This document shows positions 20,533-33,100 of a DNA stretch of 64,000 bases, one piece after another (within the stretch, counting starts at the first letter, position 1; every line of letters begins with the position of its first letter). The notes below the pieces were generated by a model. That model was not told the origin of the DNA. It was given only the letters and a program-made list of their open reading frames with translations, and did not search any database. The DNA is taken from IMG/VR virus record IMGVR_UViG_3300024264_000019, positions 1 to 64,000 of that record. One strand, 5' to 3'. A program made the position numbers and the translations under genes. Origin of the DNA: a virus.

Positions 20533-23500
20533 TTAACATGTTGAAAATACATCATTAATGCAAGGTAGCACTTGTCCAGCATCAGGCCCGTCAGTTAAAT
20601 TCACAGAGCAAGAACAATCGCACTCAGTTTCACCACAATTAGTGAAATATCCAGCGCCACTAATATGCTGCGCTCCACAAAGGGAACAGTCTACGGTAGC
20701 TGGAGTTGGTGTGGTAGTGGTTGTTGAGGTTGGTGTGGTAGTGGTTGTTGAGGTTGGTGTGGTAGTGGTTGTTGAGGTTGGTGTGGTAGTAGTTGTTGAA
20801 GTTTGAGTTAAAGTAGTTGTTGAGGTTGTGGTGCTTGTCGGTGTTAAAGGAGTTTCATAATCGATTACGCAATTCACAGTTAAAGAACTTTCTGAGCAAT
20901 CAACCTCTTTTACAATCACTGAATATATAAGTTCGTTGTTTGAAAACTCATTACAATTGTCATACACTTGGTTTTTATTTAAAACTCTCTGGCCTCTATT
21001 AAATTCTTGCGATAAGGAACAATTTTTATAACCAACAATCTCAAAGCATTTTCCCGAGCTCCAGTTTGATACCCCTGATATAATTTGTTCCGCTAGTGTT
21101 AATGAGGATCCTGTTGGAATTATTATTTCTTGATTTATGTATCTCTGCTCAACGTTGGTAAACTCAGTTCTTTCGCTCCCACAAAGTTTAAAGACAACTG
21201 TGTTGTAAACAACAACTCCATTATTAAAATACGGGTGAGACTGATTGTTCAAATTTGATTTTATTACTTTTGAGGCTGAATTAACACTACCATAAGAATA
21301 CTCAAACGTTCCAGGGTTCACCATTGCTCCCGTGTAATTTTCGTCAGTTCCCATGCAGGAGCCATCGTTACTAGACCTTATTAAACAACTTATATCTTCT
21401 TCATAAAACTCAGGGACGCTAACTTCAAAGAATTCGCAATCATCAGTATATGGAGGGGTAAAATTTGAACCGCCAGGAATATCAAATATAAAACTATACC
21501 ATCTATCTCCAGACCCAGACCTTATACAGTCTTTGACGTTATTATTACTTGCGTATGAATTTGATATTAGTGTTTCGTTTAAAATTGACGCGGATCCACT
21601 ATCATCGAAGCATTGTTTACCTTTGATTAAAACAGCTCCCTGTATATTGACTAGAGCATCTATATTATCGTTAAAATTTTCAGGTATAAACACTTCAACT
21701 CTTTCAGTAGTTTGCGTCGGGGTTGGGGTGGTATTTATGGGTGTTGGGAAAATAGTGGGAGTGGCGGTTTGAGTCGGGGTAGGTGTCTTAAAATAGAAAT
21801 TAAAATCTGTTAACGTGGGTAATGGTGTCGGGGTTAGTTCGACAATTGGTGTTGAAAAATCATAACCATAATCGTTATAGTTCCACGCTTGAGTTGGTGG
21901 TGGCGTAAAACTGTATTGATAATCTATGGGGTTAAATACTTGATTTTCAAACATAGTGGGCGTTGGAACATTCCCCAAATCTACCCACCCATGTTTACTA
22001 TCTCCATCGGTGGATGTCGGGCATTCGGATAGATCTATAACAGATCTATTGTATTGAATTTTATCCTCCTCTTGATTGTGAGAAAAATCTTCGTTTACTG
22101 TAAATTCTAATTTATTATATGTATCTTGTACATAACTTTTAGTTCCCTCCGACCCCAGTCCAAACATTAAATTTTTATGCAAAAGAATAGTTTTTGATGC
22201 GTTTAATAAATCCAGCACACCAACTCCTTTATTTCCAAAAACCGAAATAGATACATTTATACCCTTTGGTTGGAATAAATCTCCCATGAGCTGAGCTACC
22301 GCATTACAATTAACAGCAAACTCATTAAATACCCCAACTCTTTCATCAATAGAAACTTCTATATCGTATTTTTTAACTAAATTTTTAACGGAATCTGGCA
22401 TATCGCTATAGGAAGGCTTATTGCTATATACCAACCCATAGCTTATTCTCCCAGAAACATCCTCAATGGATAAAGTTCTACCTATTTCTATAAAATCCCC
22501 AGATAAACTATACGCTGTCTTTGCGTTATTTATAATCGTATTCTTATTAGAATCAAAATCTAACAAAGATTGCTTTGCGTTTAACTTTCTACTGTTGGAA
22601 TTATCACCCTTGCCCTGCGCCGTTCCATTAAAAGATAATAATTGATACCCTTCCGAGTTTTCTATACTTAAAGAATCTTCAAGCTTATAATATTTACTTG
22701 TTGATTTTACATTCCTAGTGTCATTTGTGTAAGTTATGCTCAGCTCTGATGTGCAACTTTTAAAATCAAATGAAACAGTTTTATTTTCTTCTATATCATA
22801 AATGTTATTTTCATCAATAGTTTGAGTTCTAGTTGGCGTTGGGCATCCAAATTTATAGTAATCATTATAAGACGCTAAAGCGTTAACACATCTATCCCTC
22901 GATGCAGCTTCAACAATGTTTGTGTAATTTTTAATCTTAGCATCTGTTCTTTGTGATAAACATTTAATTTCATTTTTATCAGCGACCGTTATTATTCCCT
23001 CTTCTCCGATCTCAATTGTTAAAGTGTTTTTGTTTGAATAATTTCCAGAATCATCGATTTCTGAATATTTTATTTTTTTTGATATTGAATAAGATAAATT
23101 AATTTCGTCAAAGCTTTCTACCGTCTCAAAATTATCAAAAAGTTTTTGCATTGAATATTTCTCAGAAATACTACTTGTTATTATTGGATACTCCGATGAA
23201 GATGATAATAAAAAACTAGCAAATGCTCTTGATTTCTCTAGAGGTGTGTCTTCTTTTTTACATAAATAAAAATTATCAAAAAAAGTATCTCTACTTTGAT
23301 TTGCATTCAAACTAAATAAAACAGAAGAATTTGATGAGACACTAAACTCAATTTTCTTTCTACCCGTTTTCTCTTCGAGGGATATTGTTTTATCTAAACA
23401 ACTTAGGCTACAAACTCCCACTGAGCTTGAGTCTTGGCCTAGATAATCAAATTCTAGGATGTACGTACCAGCGTCAAGACTTACGCTTTGTGTTGAAGTC

Positions 23501-24129
23501 TCACCAGCTTGCACTTTAATTGAGCCCTTACCTTTGTTTCTTAAATTAGCTATTTTTTGATTCTGTAAAGATGCGTTTTGCCATAAGTTTTTCCTTTTTG
23601 GCATTATCGACGATCTTCTATCAAATGAGCAATCAATCGAGTGGTTAATATCTACATCGTCACCATTTTGTTTAAAGTCAAAGCTTTCACTAATTGATTT
23701 TAAATATTTAAAATCTTCTTCTGATATACTTGAATCACTAAAACTCAAATCGCTAACGCTATTCTGGCTTAATTTTAATTTGGTAATATCAGCTGATTCG
23801 TTAAATTCTATTTGAGCTACGTAACTAGCGTCTTGAATATGACTCCCCCTAACAGAGTAAGATATAATCAATCCCTCTCCGAAACTTACATCATTAATAA
23901 AAATTTCTTGTAAACCATGGCTAATAGATCCATCTTGAGAGTTTAAAGAATTTTCTACCTCAATTAAATCATTAGTTTCTTTTAATATTTGCTTGACCCC
24001 ACTAGTGTTTGATAAACTTAGTAAGTTTCCAGATATGTTTATATTTTTTTTCTTTCTGAAAATTAAATCTGTACCAACCTTACCATTCTCAAACGATACT
24101 CCGAGTATTTCTACGTTATTAAATTTCAT
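20533..24129 (-). CDS. Putative tail protein with Thr/Pro-rich and Cys-rich C-terminal extension
   Basis: First gene after the TMP; GRISYGLVY unit resembles those in the next gene; TPTPTQT and TTTTTPTS tracts; Cys-rich end. Confidence 0.6.
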   Translation of the reverse strand: MKFNNVEILGVSFENGKVGTDLIFRKKKNINISGNLLSLSNTSGVKQILKETNDLIEVENSLNSQDGSISHGLQEIFINDVSFGEGLIISYSVRGSHIQDASYVAQIEFNESADITKLKLSQNSVSDLSFSDSSISEEDFKYLKSISESFDFKQNGDDVDINHSIDCSFDRRSSIMPKRKNLWQNASLQNQKIANLRNKGKGSIKVQAGETSTQSVSLDAGTYILEFDYLGQDSSSVGVCSLSCLDKTISLEEKTGRKKIEFSVSSNSSVLFSLNANQSRDTFFDNFYLCKKEDTPLEKSRAFASFLLSSSSEYPIITSSISEKYSMQKLFDNFETVESFDEINLSYSISKKIKYSEIDDSGNYSNKNTLTIEIGEEGIITVADKNEIKCLSQRTDAKIKNYTNIVEAASRDRCVNALASYNDYYKFGCPTPTRTQTIDENNIYDIEENKTVSFDFKSCTSELSITYTNDTRNVKSTSKYYKLEDSLSIENSEGYQLLSFNGTAQGKGDNSNSRKLNAKQSLLDFDSNKNTIINNAKTAYSLSGDFIEIGRTLSIEDVSGRISYGLVYSNKPSYSDMPDSVKNLVKKYDIEVSIDERVGVFNEFAVNCNAVAQLMGDLFQPKGINVSISVFGNKGVGVLDLLNASKTILLHKNLMFGLGSEGTKSYVQDTYNKLEFTVNEDFSHNQEEDKIQYNRSVIDLSECPTSTDGDSKHGWVDLGNVPTPTMFENQVFNPIDYQYSFTPPPTQAWNYNDYGYDFSTPIVELTPTPLPTLTDFNFYFKTPTPTQTATPTIFPTPINTTPTPTQTTERVEVFIPENFNDNIDALVNIQGAVLIKGKQCFDDSGSASILNETLISNSYASNNNVKDCIRSGSGDRWYSFIFDIPGGSNFTPPYTDDCEFFEVSVPEFYEEDISCLIRSSNDGSCMGTDENYTGAMVNPGTFEYSYGSVNSASKVIKSNLNNQSHPYFNNGVVVYNTVVFKLCGSERTEFTNVEQRYINQEIIIPTGSSLTLAEQIISGVSNWSSGKCFEIVGYKNCSLSQEFNRGQRVLNKNQVYDNCNEFSNNELIYSVIVKEVDCSESSLTVNCVIDYETPLTPTSTTTSTTTLTQTSTTTTTPTSTTTTTPTSTTTTTPTSTTTTTPTPATVDCSLCGAQHISGAGYFTNCGETECDCSCSVNLTDGPDAGQVLPCINDVFSTC
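20701..20840 (-). repeat. 24-bp tandem repeat encoding TTTTTPTS
   Basis: ggttggtgtggtagtggttgttga units on the + strand. Confidence 0.9.
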
Positions 24130-24130
24130 T

Positions 24131-27100
24131 TTATCTTAAAACTCCTTGAGGATCAATTTTAGGAGCTAATGCTGTTGCTAAATAATCAAGTATGACACCC
24201 TCTTGTAATATACTTCTTAATTGATCTCTCATCACTGGAGTTAATACGCCCTTAACCACTTCAGAATTAAAGTCGAAGGTTATTCCTCCTTTAACCTCAT
24301 GATTAATAACTAACCCACCTAACTGCTCAGATAACTGAGCGGGTAATTCTTGAATAACTTTTATCGCTGCAGAAAAATCTTGGCTACCCTCTGGCGGACT
24401 AGTTGTGGGCGGTTTTTCTCCATCTGAATTACCACCATTTGGAGGGGTTTCTACTGGAGGTTCACCCTCTTGACTTGTCAATCTATTAACAAGGTCTTGT
24501 AGTGGAGTTGTGATAGTGCTTAAATTAGTAACTGCTAATCCTTGTTTCCATAAATTACCAAGCTGCACTGTTAATCCCTTTATTGGATCTTTTACTAGAT
24601 TTGGGTCTAAACCTTCTTTTCCAGCCACTTTTTTAAGTTCTTCAGCGACTCTTTCGCTATTTTTTAAATCTGCTTCTAAATTTGCTTTTATTTTTTCAAA
24701 AACAGGTCTTAATTCTGCGGCTTTTTCTGGGTCCATGTTTTGTAACTGTTCCATTATATCATTCACATTAGCTAGAGCAACGATGTAATTTTCTGTATCT
24801 GAATTCAATCCAGTGAAAATCGTCGATGAAACCCCAAGTACATCAGCGAGTGTTCTAAACGCGTCTATACTATCAGCTACAGGTGCAGCTGAATCGTCAG
24901 TAGGTAGGCGACCAAGCGTCGGTATAATTGAGGAGTCAGAGTTTATAGCTGCGTCAACCCCCGTTTTAATATCACCATCATTCAACCTCCGACCTCCTTG
25001 GTTTTCTAGTCTTGAGGATGACGCATCACCTGATGCTATCAGTTGATTAATAGCCACTCTTTGTAGCTCCGCTATCATTTTTTGCGAGCTAGCAACTTCT
25101 AGATCTCTCGCATTCTGAGCTATTCTATTACCCTTTTGCCCCGTGCCCTTAATGGAGCCCAGAAAGCCCTTCATTTCCTTAAGTGTTACATTTCCATCCT
25201 TGTTGCCTGCAGCAAATTCTGCAAACTGCCTTGCTAGCATTTGATTTTGTTCGCTTTGTTGTCTCTGAACATCTTGTTCAAATTTACCTGTTCCACTAGT
25301 GGGTTTAGGTTCTTTTATATTCATCTCTCGTTTTTCAATTTCGCTGGGGTTAAACAAAGCAGACATATCAATATTGCTAGCTACTTCGTTCATTAATTCA
25401 GTAATTAATCCGCTTTCGTTCCTACGCTTAATGTCATCATTCTCAATAGAAGCTTGCCTTCCTTGGAATCCCCTTGGGTCAATATAATTTCTAGATGATA
25501 AATATTCATTAGCTGAAGATCTTGCCATCGTTTTTGTTTCACCTTGGTAATCTTTTAAACTTTGATTTGATTGAAACCTACTCATCATAGTATCAACGTT
25601 TTGTTGAGCTTGCAACATGTTCTGATACTCTGATAGTAGCTTCTCTTCAAGGTTAACTATTTTTGATTGAATTTCTACTGCTTTTTGGATTCCATCACCC
25701 ATACTCTCCAAAGCTTCCTTTCCGTCAAGCGCTGACTGAGCGAATTCTTTTAAAACCGCTCCCCCAAAAGTAAGCATTGTACCATCTTCAGAGGTAGCTA
25801 ATCTATCAAAATTCTCAAAGCTTTGCGCTCCGCCAGGCATTTCTTCTAATGATTTTCCCACTTTTGAAGTTGATAACTTTCCAGTTTTAGCGAAGTTGCT
25901 CATGGCTTCTTTAAATAAATCATTAAAAGCTCTAGCCTCTTCTTGTTGCATTCCCGCGTCTAACTTTAAATCTGTTTGTCTAGCTAAAGCAATTTCTTCC
26001 TGAGTTTTTCCTCGCAAGTCTTCACTACCACTAACAAAAGATGTTCCTTCGGATATTCTACTTGCTACCTGTTGCTGAGCTAGCATTCTCGCTTGAGTTT
26101 CGAAACTATCATTTAAGTTTCTAGCCATATCTGTAGCTTCCCCAAGCTTACCTTGCATAGGATCCCTTCCTGACAAAGTTTCCTTGTTGTAATCATATGT
26201 ATTACCTTCTCCAGTTAAAAAATCAAGACCTGTTTTCGCTCCTGCAACAGCTGTTTGCACTAAATCTCCAAACCAACTTTTTGCAACCGTTCCTGGCCCC
26301 ATCTTATCATCCTCATTAGCAGCTGTTCCAGCTTGAAGTAGTGCAGTTCTTGCTGCTGCTTGTGCCCCCATATTTTTAATAGCTTCTCCTAATAAAGCTA
26401 ATTTTTGGGACGCGCTCATACCTGAGTTAGCTAATTGATTCATTCTTGATTGGACCTCTGGGTCTGAAATTTTATTTATAGATTCTCTTATTTGAGTATT
26501 TGCAGCTATTATTCCCTTTGTATCTCCTGATTGAGAAGCTGCTTGTAGTTGCTGAACTCCCATAGCTAAATTCTGAATACTAGATGTATCCTTCATAACT
26601 TTATCCAAATCCTTCTTGGCTTTACTTAAGGCTTTAAACGTGTCAGCTTGAGAGTCTCTATTGCTCATTTGATTCAGCCCACTACTTACTCCTTGAAAAG
26701 CTCCTAATCCCATACCTATAGGCCCAAAAGCTGCACCCATAGCAGCAGAATTAAGTACATCCATACCTAATCTCCCGCTGCCGCCCACTGCTTCATCCTG
26801 TCTTCCATCCCTTATCATTTCTGCGGCCATTGGTCCCATAAACATCGCCCCCATTGATGCGCCCCCCGCCATTGCATTCGCGTTAGACATTCTCTGCCTA
26901 GCTACAGGAGACAATCCATGTTTTCTAATTTTATTAAAACCTCTACTTCCCTGACTTCTTTGATTGTGCCTGTCTTGTTGTTGTTTTAATTCAAAACCTT
27001 TATCTGAGTCCATTCCAGCGTATGGGTTTAGGATTTTATCTCTACCTAATAATTTACTTTGTTTTCTTTCTTGCTCAAGTTTGAACAGCTCTTTCTCTTT

Positions 27101-30100
27101 TATTAATTTTTTTTCTTCTGGCGATATCGCAAATGAAGGTATTCCGTGAGTTTTTGGATTTAACCCTGTTTTATTAGCTCTGTTAATTCCTTGTTGTATA
27201 CCCATTGGTTCATCAACCGTGTTTATCACAGCGAGTCCCTGTGGGTTCATAGGTCCCTTCAATAAAGAGCTTTTTTCAACTTTTATCTTGCTTGAAGATA
27301 TCCCTCTTTGTTTCAGAGCTTCTGATTCCCTTGCTATCGCTTGATCCAACGCGAAATTTGGCAAAAACCCGTTTCCATAATTTGATATTTTCCCTTTAAA
27401 ACTTGGGTTTGCTGAATGCCTTAGGTACTCAGGGTCCATATTTTTAAGAGATGATACGTTAGCTTTTTTATTATTATAAAAAAGGATTAATTTTTCTTGT
27501 AGCTCTTTTGGTAGATTTTTGAACTCGCTTGAATTTGTAAATCTTTTAATATTATCTAAATCTTGAATTCGATTTCGTTTGCTAATTTTAAATGGTTGTT
27601 TTCTATCTATCGAAGTGACAGGTCGAGTCTTTAATTCTCCTTGTTTTGAACCTTGAATTCTGCGATTAAAATCAGCTACTCTCCCACTAAGATTAGAGAA
27701 CTCTTGACCACCTAAAGGTTTAGATGCTTGAATTTTTTTATTATGAGCAAGTATTAAATTTGCAAGTTTACTAAAGTTTGGAATATGACCTTTAGAAAAT
27801 CCAAGAATTTGAAATACATCATCAATTTTGTCAAGTCCAAATTTTTCATGTATTCTTTGGAACTTTCGAGCTCCCCCTGCGGCTTTTACATACGCATCAA
27901 TTTTGTATTGTTCATTCTTATTTTTTCCAATTTTTAATTCCTTAAGGTATTTATTTTTATTAAACTGCTTAAACCTTCTCGCTGGCCTAGCAAAATTCGG
28001 TATTCTCCCCTCAGAGAATCTATTACTTCTCGATCCAAATCTATACTCTGGTAAACCATCCCCACCAAGCCTCCTCGTTAATGAAGTAGGTCTTTTTTTT
28101 CCTGGTTTACCTCTTTGTGTTTTCTTTGAGTATTTTTGGTAAAACTCATCAAGAGCTTCTTTTTGTATTTTAATTTTTTCTATCTGTTTTTCGATATTTC
28201 TTAACTCGTTAACATCTCCACCTGATCTTCCAGATAATAAATCCATTGCTTTTGATTGAGTTGATTTAAAATCATACTTTATATCTTCGTTTTTTCGTTT
28301 ATAGCTTTCTGCGTCTTTTCTTTTTAAATAAAAAGTGTCTGAACCCATTTTTATAGGAACTCCCGAAACCGACTCTCTTAGACTTTTGGTTAATTTATTA
28401 TTTTTTAATTTGTCTCTGTATTTATACATCGCATATCCCGCCAGCCCAATTCCAGTCCCTACTCCCCCAGTAGTTAATAAATCTCCAACTACCGATCCTC
28501 CTACCCCTGCTCCTCCTGCTCCTCCTACCCCCAAAGCCAACTTTCCTGCGGCTACTGCCTTCCCTCCCAATCCAACTGTCTGCCCGACTGATGATAGTCC
28601 AGATAAACCTTTAATTCCCAAACCTATCGCTCCAGCTCCAGCTCCTAAAGCGCCAGCAACCCCTAGGCGTTTTTTATTTTTATTAAGAAACTCTCTTGGT
28701 TTACTAAATTTCTCTTTTCCGAATTTTTGTAAACCTATTAATTTATTTTGAATATTTAAAAACTGTTTCTGTCCAAATTCTTTCGTTTTAGACGCTCCTG
28801 TTCTAGCGTAATATGTTAATGGTGATATTAATTTTTCACCAAGAAAAGCCTTTCCGTCTTTAATTCTTGAACCTAACTGTTTATAGTTTACATTTGTTAA
28901 TTGGTCAAAGCTTTTATTAAAAATACTAGGACCTTTGGCTTTCCCCGTTTTAGAAACTTCTTCATAATTCTCTAATACATACAATAGATCTCTAAAGGAA
29001 TTAACCCCCTTACCCCAAGCTGAAGAAATACCTTTAAATATTTTTGATCTTTCGGTTTTGTTTTGAATAGATTTAGTTTTTTCAATAATTGATTTTTTAG
29101 TTTTCTCTTCTTTGCTTGACCCTGAACTCCAAGATCCTACTTCAGGGTTAAAAGAGTTTTTTCCAAAACTGTTAAAAAAATCATTCATCCATTTTTTTGA
29201 ATCTTGATATTTGTCTCTTGTTTTTCTAATTTTCTTGTGGCCAAAAGCTAGAACGTTCCTACCCACACTTTTAGATCTTTCGTATTTTTCATTCAAACCT
29301 TCAATAAATCCAGACATGGGCAAACTCATTTTCTTATCTTTAAAATTTTTCAATCCATTTACGACGCTAGAACCAACCCTACTCCCACCTTTCCCCACTA
29401 AGGATAAAGTTTCTGAAATTCCCCTAGTGGCATCAATTTGCCTAAAGGGTCCCGTTGCGGATGCGATTGATCTTACAGCTCCACTAGCAATTGCTTTAGG
29501 TAAATTAATGGCAGTTGATTTCACGAAATTCCCAGCCTTATCCACAAAGTATGTTCCATATTGTTTAACATCCTGTTTCATTCCTTGGAGTTTTTCACGT
29601 CTAGCTGTTCTTTTTTCTATTTGAGCTTTAGCTTTGTTTTCGACCTCAAACAGTCTTTGCACTTTTTTTCCATTAGGGTCTTCGCTACCCTTAAAATCTA
29701 CATTTTTTCCAGTCGACTTGGAATAATATCTTGTCGTTTGAGTTTGGTCATTTGATCCAACAAATTTTAAATCATTATACTTTATTCCATCTGGACCTGT
29801 AGCCCTAAATGTAGCATTCCTAACTATATTTGATCTATTCTTTAAGCTATTTAATTTAGAACTCTCTAAAGCCTCTTTTGCTTCAACAGCTTTTTTAATA
29901 AATTTTTCTTTTTTCTCCAAAGCTTTCTTACTAGCTCTTTCCACAGGGCTCATTAAATTCATATTTCTTAAATCTATTATATTAGCAAGGTCCGAAGGTA
30001 TTGCTCCAACGGTATTCATGAATTTTCCTCCCATAGCTACAGCTTTATCTTTCACCGCAAGTCCTAATTGTTGAGCTTTTTCACTTACATATCCTGGGCT

Positions 30101-33100
30101 TAACATTGACGTGTTTATTCCCCGACCCTTCTTCTTTTTATTTTTTTCTTGGAGTTGTCTTCGTTTTTCGGTTGAGGCTTGCGAGTGAATTACCGTTTGA
30201 TTCAGGAAGTTATCGAGATCCAAACTTCTTCCTCCATTTTTTTGAATTAATGAACTTATACCTTCTCCACTCATTCCCCAATACCCCTTATCTTTAAAGA
30301 AATGTCTCTTGTCAATATCAACTGCAGATCTCATATCTTTTTGTCTTTTCTCTAAGGGTGTCGCTCCTGATCCAAGGAAAAAATTTAAATGTTCTGCTAG
30401 CCCTGATTTTTGTTGAAACTTCACAAGTCTACTGTTCACCTCTCCTTGAATCAGTTTTTTATTCTTAGGGTCTAGTATTATTCTTCTTAAATCTTTTGGC
30501 GATATTTCTTTACCATCAATTTTAATCTCTTGATTTTTCCTGTCTATTACTAAACTTCTGTTTCCAGCAACTTCTTTAGCTTCCTTTGTGAAATTCTTAT
30601 CTCCACTTAACATCGACTCTTTAACTATAGACTCAATAAATCCAACGCTACCAGTATTCGGATCTAATTTTCTAATACTTTTATCTCTATCCCTTAATGC
30701 AAAATTAGGTATGTATCCGCTTGATAAATTCTGAACTCCAATTTGTTTTTCTATATTACCAACTCTTGAAACTAAACCTTGAACCGTATTCTGAATTTGA
30801 GAAACTGCATTCATTGAAACCGCAGCTCCAACAGCACTAGTTTTGGCAATTCTTGAGCTCCTCTTGGTTTGCGAGCCAATACTAGCTTCCTGGTTACCAG
30901 GGAAAGCTCCATAGCCTTTTTGCTTCCCTAAGTATCTCACTCCTGTCATTTTACCGTACTCAACATCAAAACTTTTTTGCCTCAACCATTCTTTTTTTGA
31001 TAGTTTTTTATCGATTAAATAATGGTGATCCATGTGATTATATTTCTTCGAAGCTTCTTTATGGTTTTTAGCGAAACCTGCTGTGACTAAATCTTGCTTT
31101 TGGTTTTTCCTTAGACCTGCAAAATTTGGTATATATCCAGTAGCAGCTTTAGTGAGGGGCCCATAGGACTTTCTGCTCGTCCTCGAAACTTCCATCTGTT
31201 TTTCTTTTTGCGCTTTAGATAGCTTCACTGTGTTTTGCGGTATCTTTAATACCTTTGAGCTAAAATCCCTCTTCGTATCCGCGTTAAGAGCTATTTTTGC
31301 ATCAGCGAATGGAGTGTAATATCCAAATAGCTTTTGAAGTTTTTCGTCAGGAGTACCATTGATATCAAAACTCGCATTGTTTTTTGTAAAAAGCCTGTTT
31401 TTTCCTACAGCCTGCAAAGCTGTTTCAAAAATCGAGCCAGAAGCTGAGCCCACGCTTCCTGCGTTAGCCATTCTACTAATTCCAGGAATATTCATTCCGA
31501 AATTTCCAGCGCCAGCCATTTCTCTAGCTAATCTAGATGACTCCCCAAGCATTAAATCTTCTATTCTGCTTCTTATATTACCTTCTGTATTTTTTAAAGA
31601 CTTTGGTTTTATTCCCTCAACTCTATATTTCATCCTCACATTACCCTTTTCCGTCTTGTAGGAAGTATCAACTCTTCTTCTTATATTGTTTGTAGCTACA
31701 AGCATTGTTGCTTGAGTAGAAGCGTCAATCGTTGGCATTTTATTTTTAATATCTCTAGAAGCTTGCTTTTTTGCCACTATATTTTCTTTAGAGTTTTGAG
31801 CTTTAAAACCTTTTATTTTTTTCTGATCCTCAACGGAAAACATATTTAAATAAACCTTTTCACCCTGCGGGTCTTTAGAGAAATCTCCATCTTTCAACCT
31901 GTTAATTTTTTGAGTAGTAAAGAAACCTTTTTTAGTTTGAACTCCAGCTGCAAAATTTGGAGTCTTAGCTCTAGCTGATCCATATGTCCTGGGATCAACC
32001 CCTTCAGCTTTAGCTCTTTTTATTCCTTGAGAAATTCCCATTGGTTCGTCACGGGTATTGGTGACAGCTAAACCTATTGGGTTTTCTTTTGTAATTAAAT
32101 CTGGACTTCTTTCAATTCTTATTTTTGATCTTGGTACTCCAGCTTCAGTTTCTCTCTGAAGTGCTTCTGATAAAGCGTTTCTCGCAAAATTAGGGATTAA
32201 ATTTGAATTTACTTCAGATGAGTTTGCGTAGTTTGGGATAAAACCTTTCCCCATAGTTTTTATATCAATTTTGCCACCTTTTTTGAAGTGTTTCCTTAGG
32301 GATAATAATTTATCTGGATTATATCCCATCTTCATTAACATCTGAAAATCACCCTCTAAACCTTTTTTGAAATAAGATTCTAGCCAGAGTTTTTGAAACT
32401 CCCCACCCATCCCCTTTTTCACGGTGCTCACGCTCTCTCTTTTGAATAGAGAAGATTTAAATTTTATATTTTTATTAGCTGGATCCTTTAATGTGTCTTG
32501 TATTTTTTGATATCTATTTCTTTTATCAATAAAATTTGGTATAAACCCACTTGAAGCTGACCTAACTCCTCCACTGGGAATTCTATGATTTGGATCTAAA
32601 AACAAACTTTGACTTTGGGAGGAATCTTTTCTTTTAATAAAATCTTCAATTGATTTTGGAATTGTTGCGTTTTTGTTTAAATTATTAGTTACGTATTTTT
32701 TGTAAAATTCTAATTCTTTCTGATTATCAATAGACTTGATTCTTGTTGAGAAAATTTTCGATAATTTATCTTGGCTCGAGTATTTGTATATTGCTTGTTT
32801 ATTTTTAAAATCAGGGTCGATCATGCTCCTTAAAACCCTGAAAGAATCTGTTTGTTTGAAACTTTCTTTATTTGCAGATATTACAGATTGGCTTAATTTA
32901 GTATCTGAGGGAGTTATCATGTTGATTCCTCCACCAAATAAAGCGTTACCAGAGGTTAAATTAATATTTTCTCTTTTATTATTTTTGTGCCCTATTGGTT
33001 TTTCACCCAGCCCTTTTTGTTTCGCAGCTACCATATTTAAATATTGGTCCGCAGCTTTCTTTAAAGCTACAACAACATTTTGCTTTTTAGTGGCTTTTGT

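Noticed and set aside
27146-32185. Duplicated TMP module as a diversity-generating retroelement TR/VR pair
   Set aside because: The copies differ throughout, including indels, and not only at adenines; no reverse transcriptase is in the window
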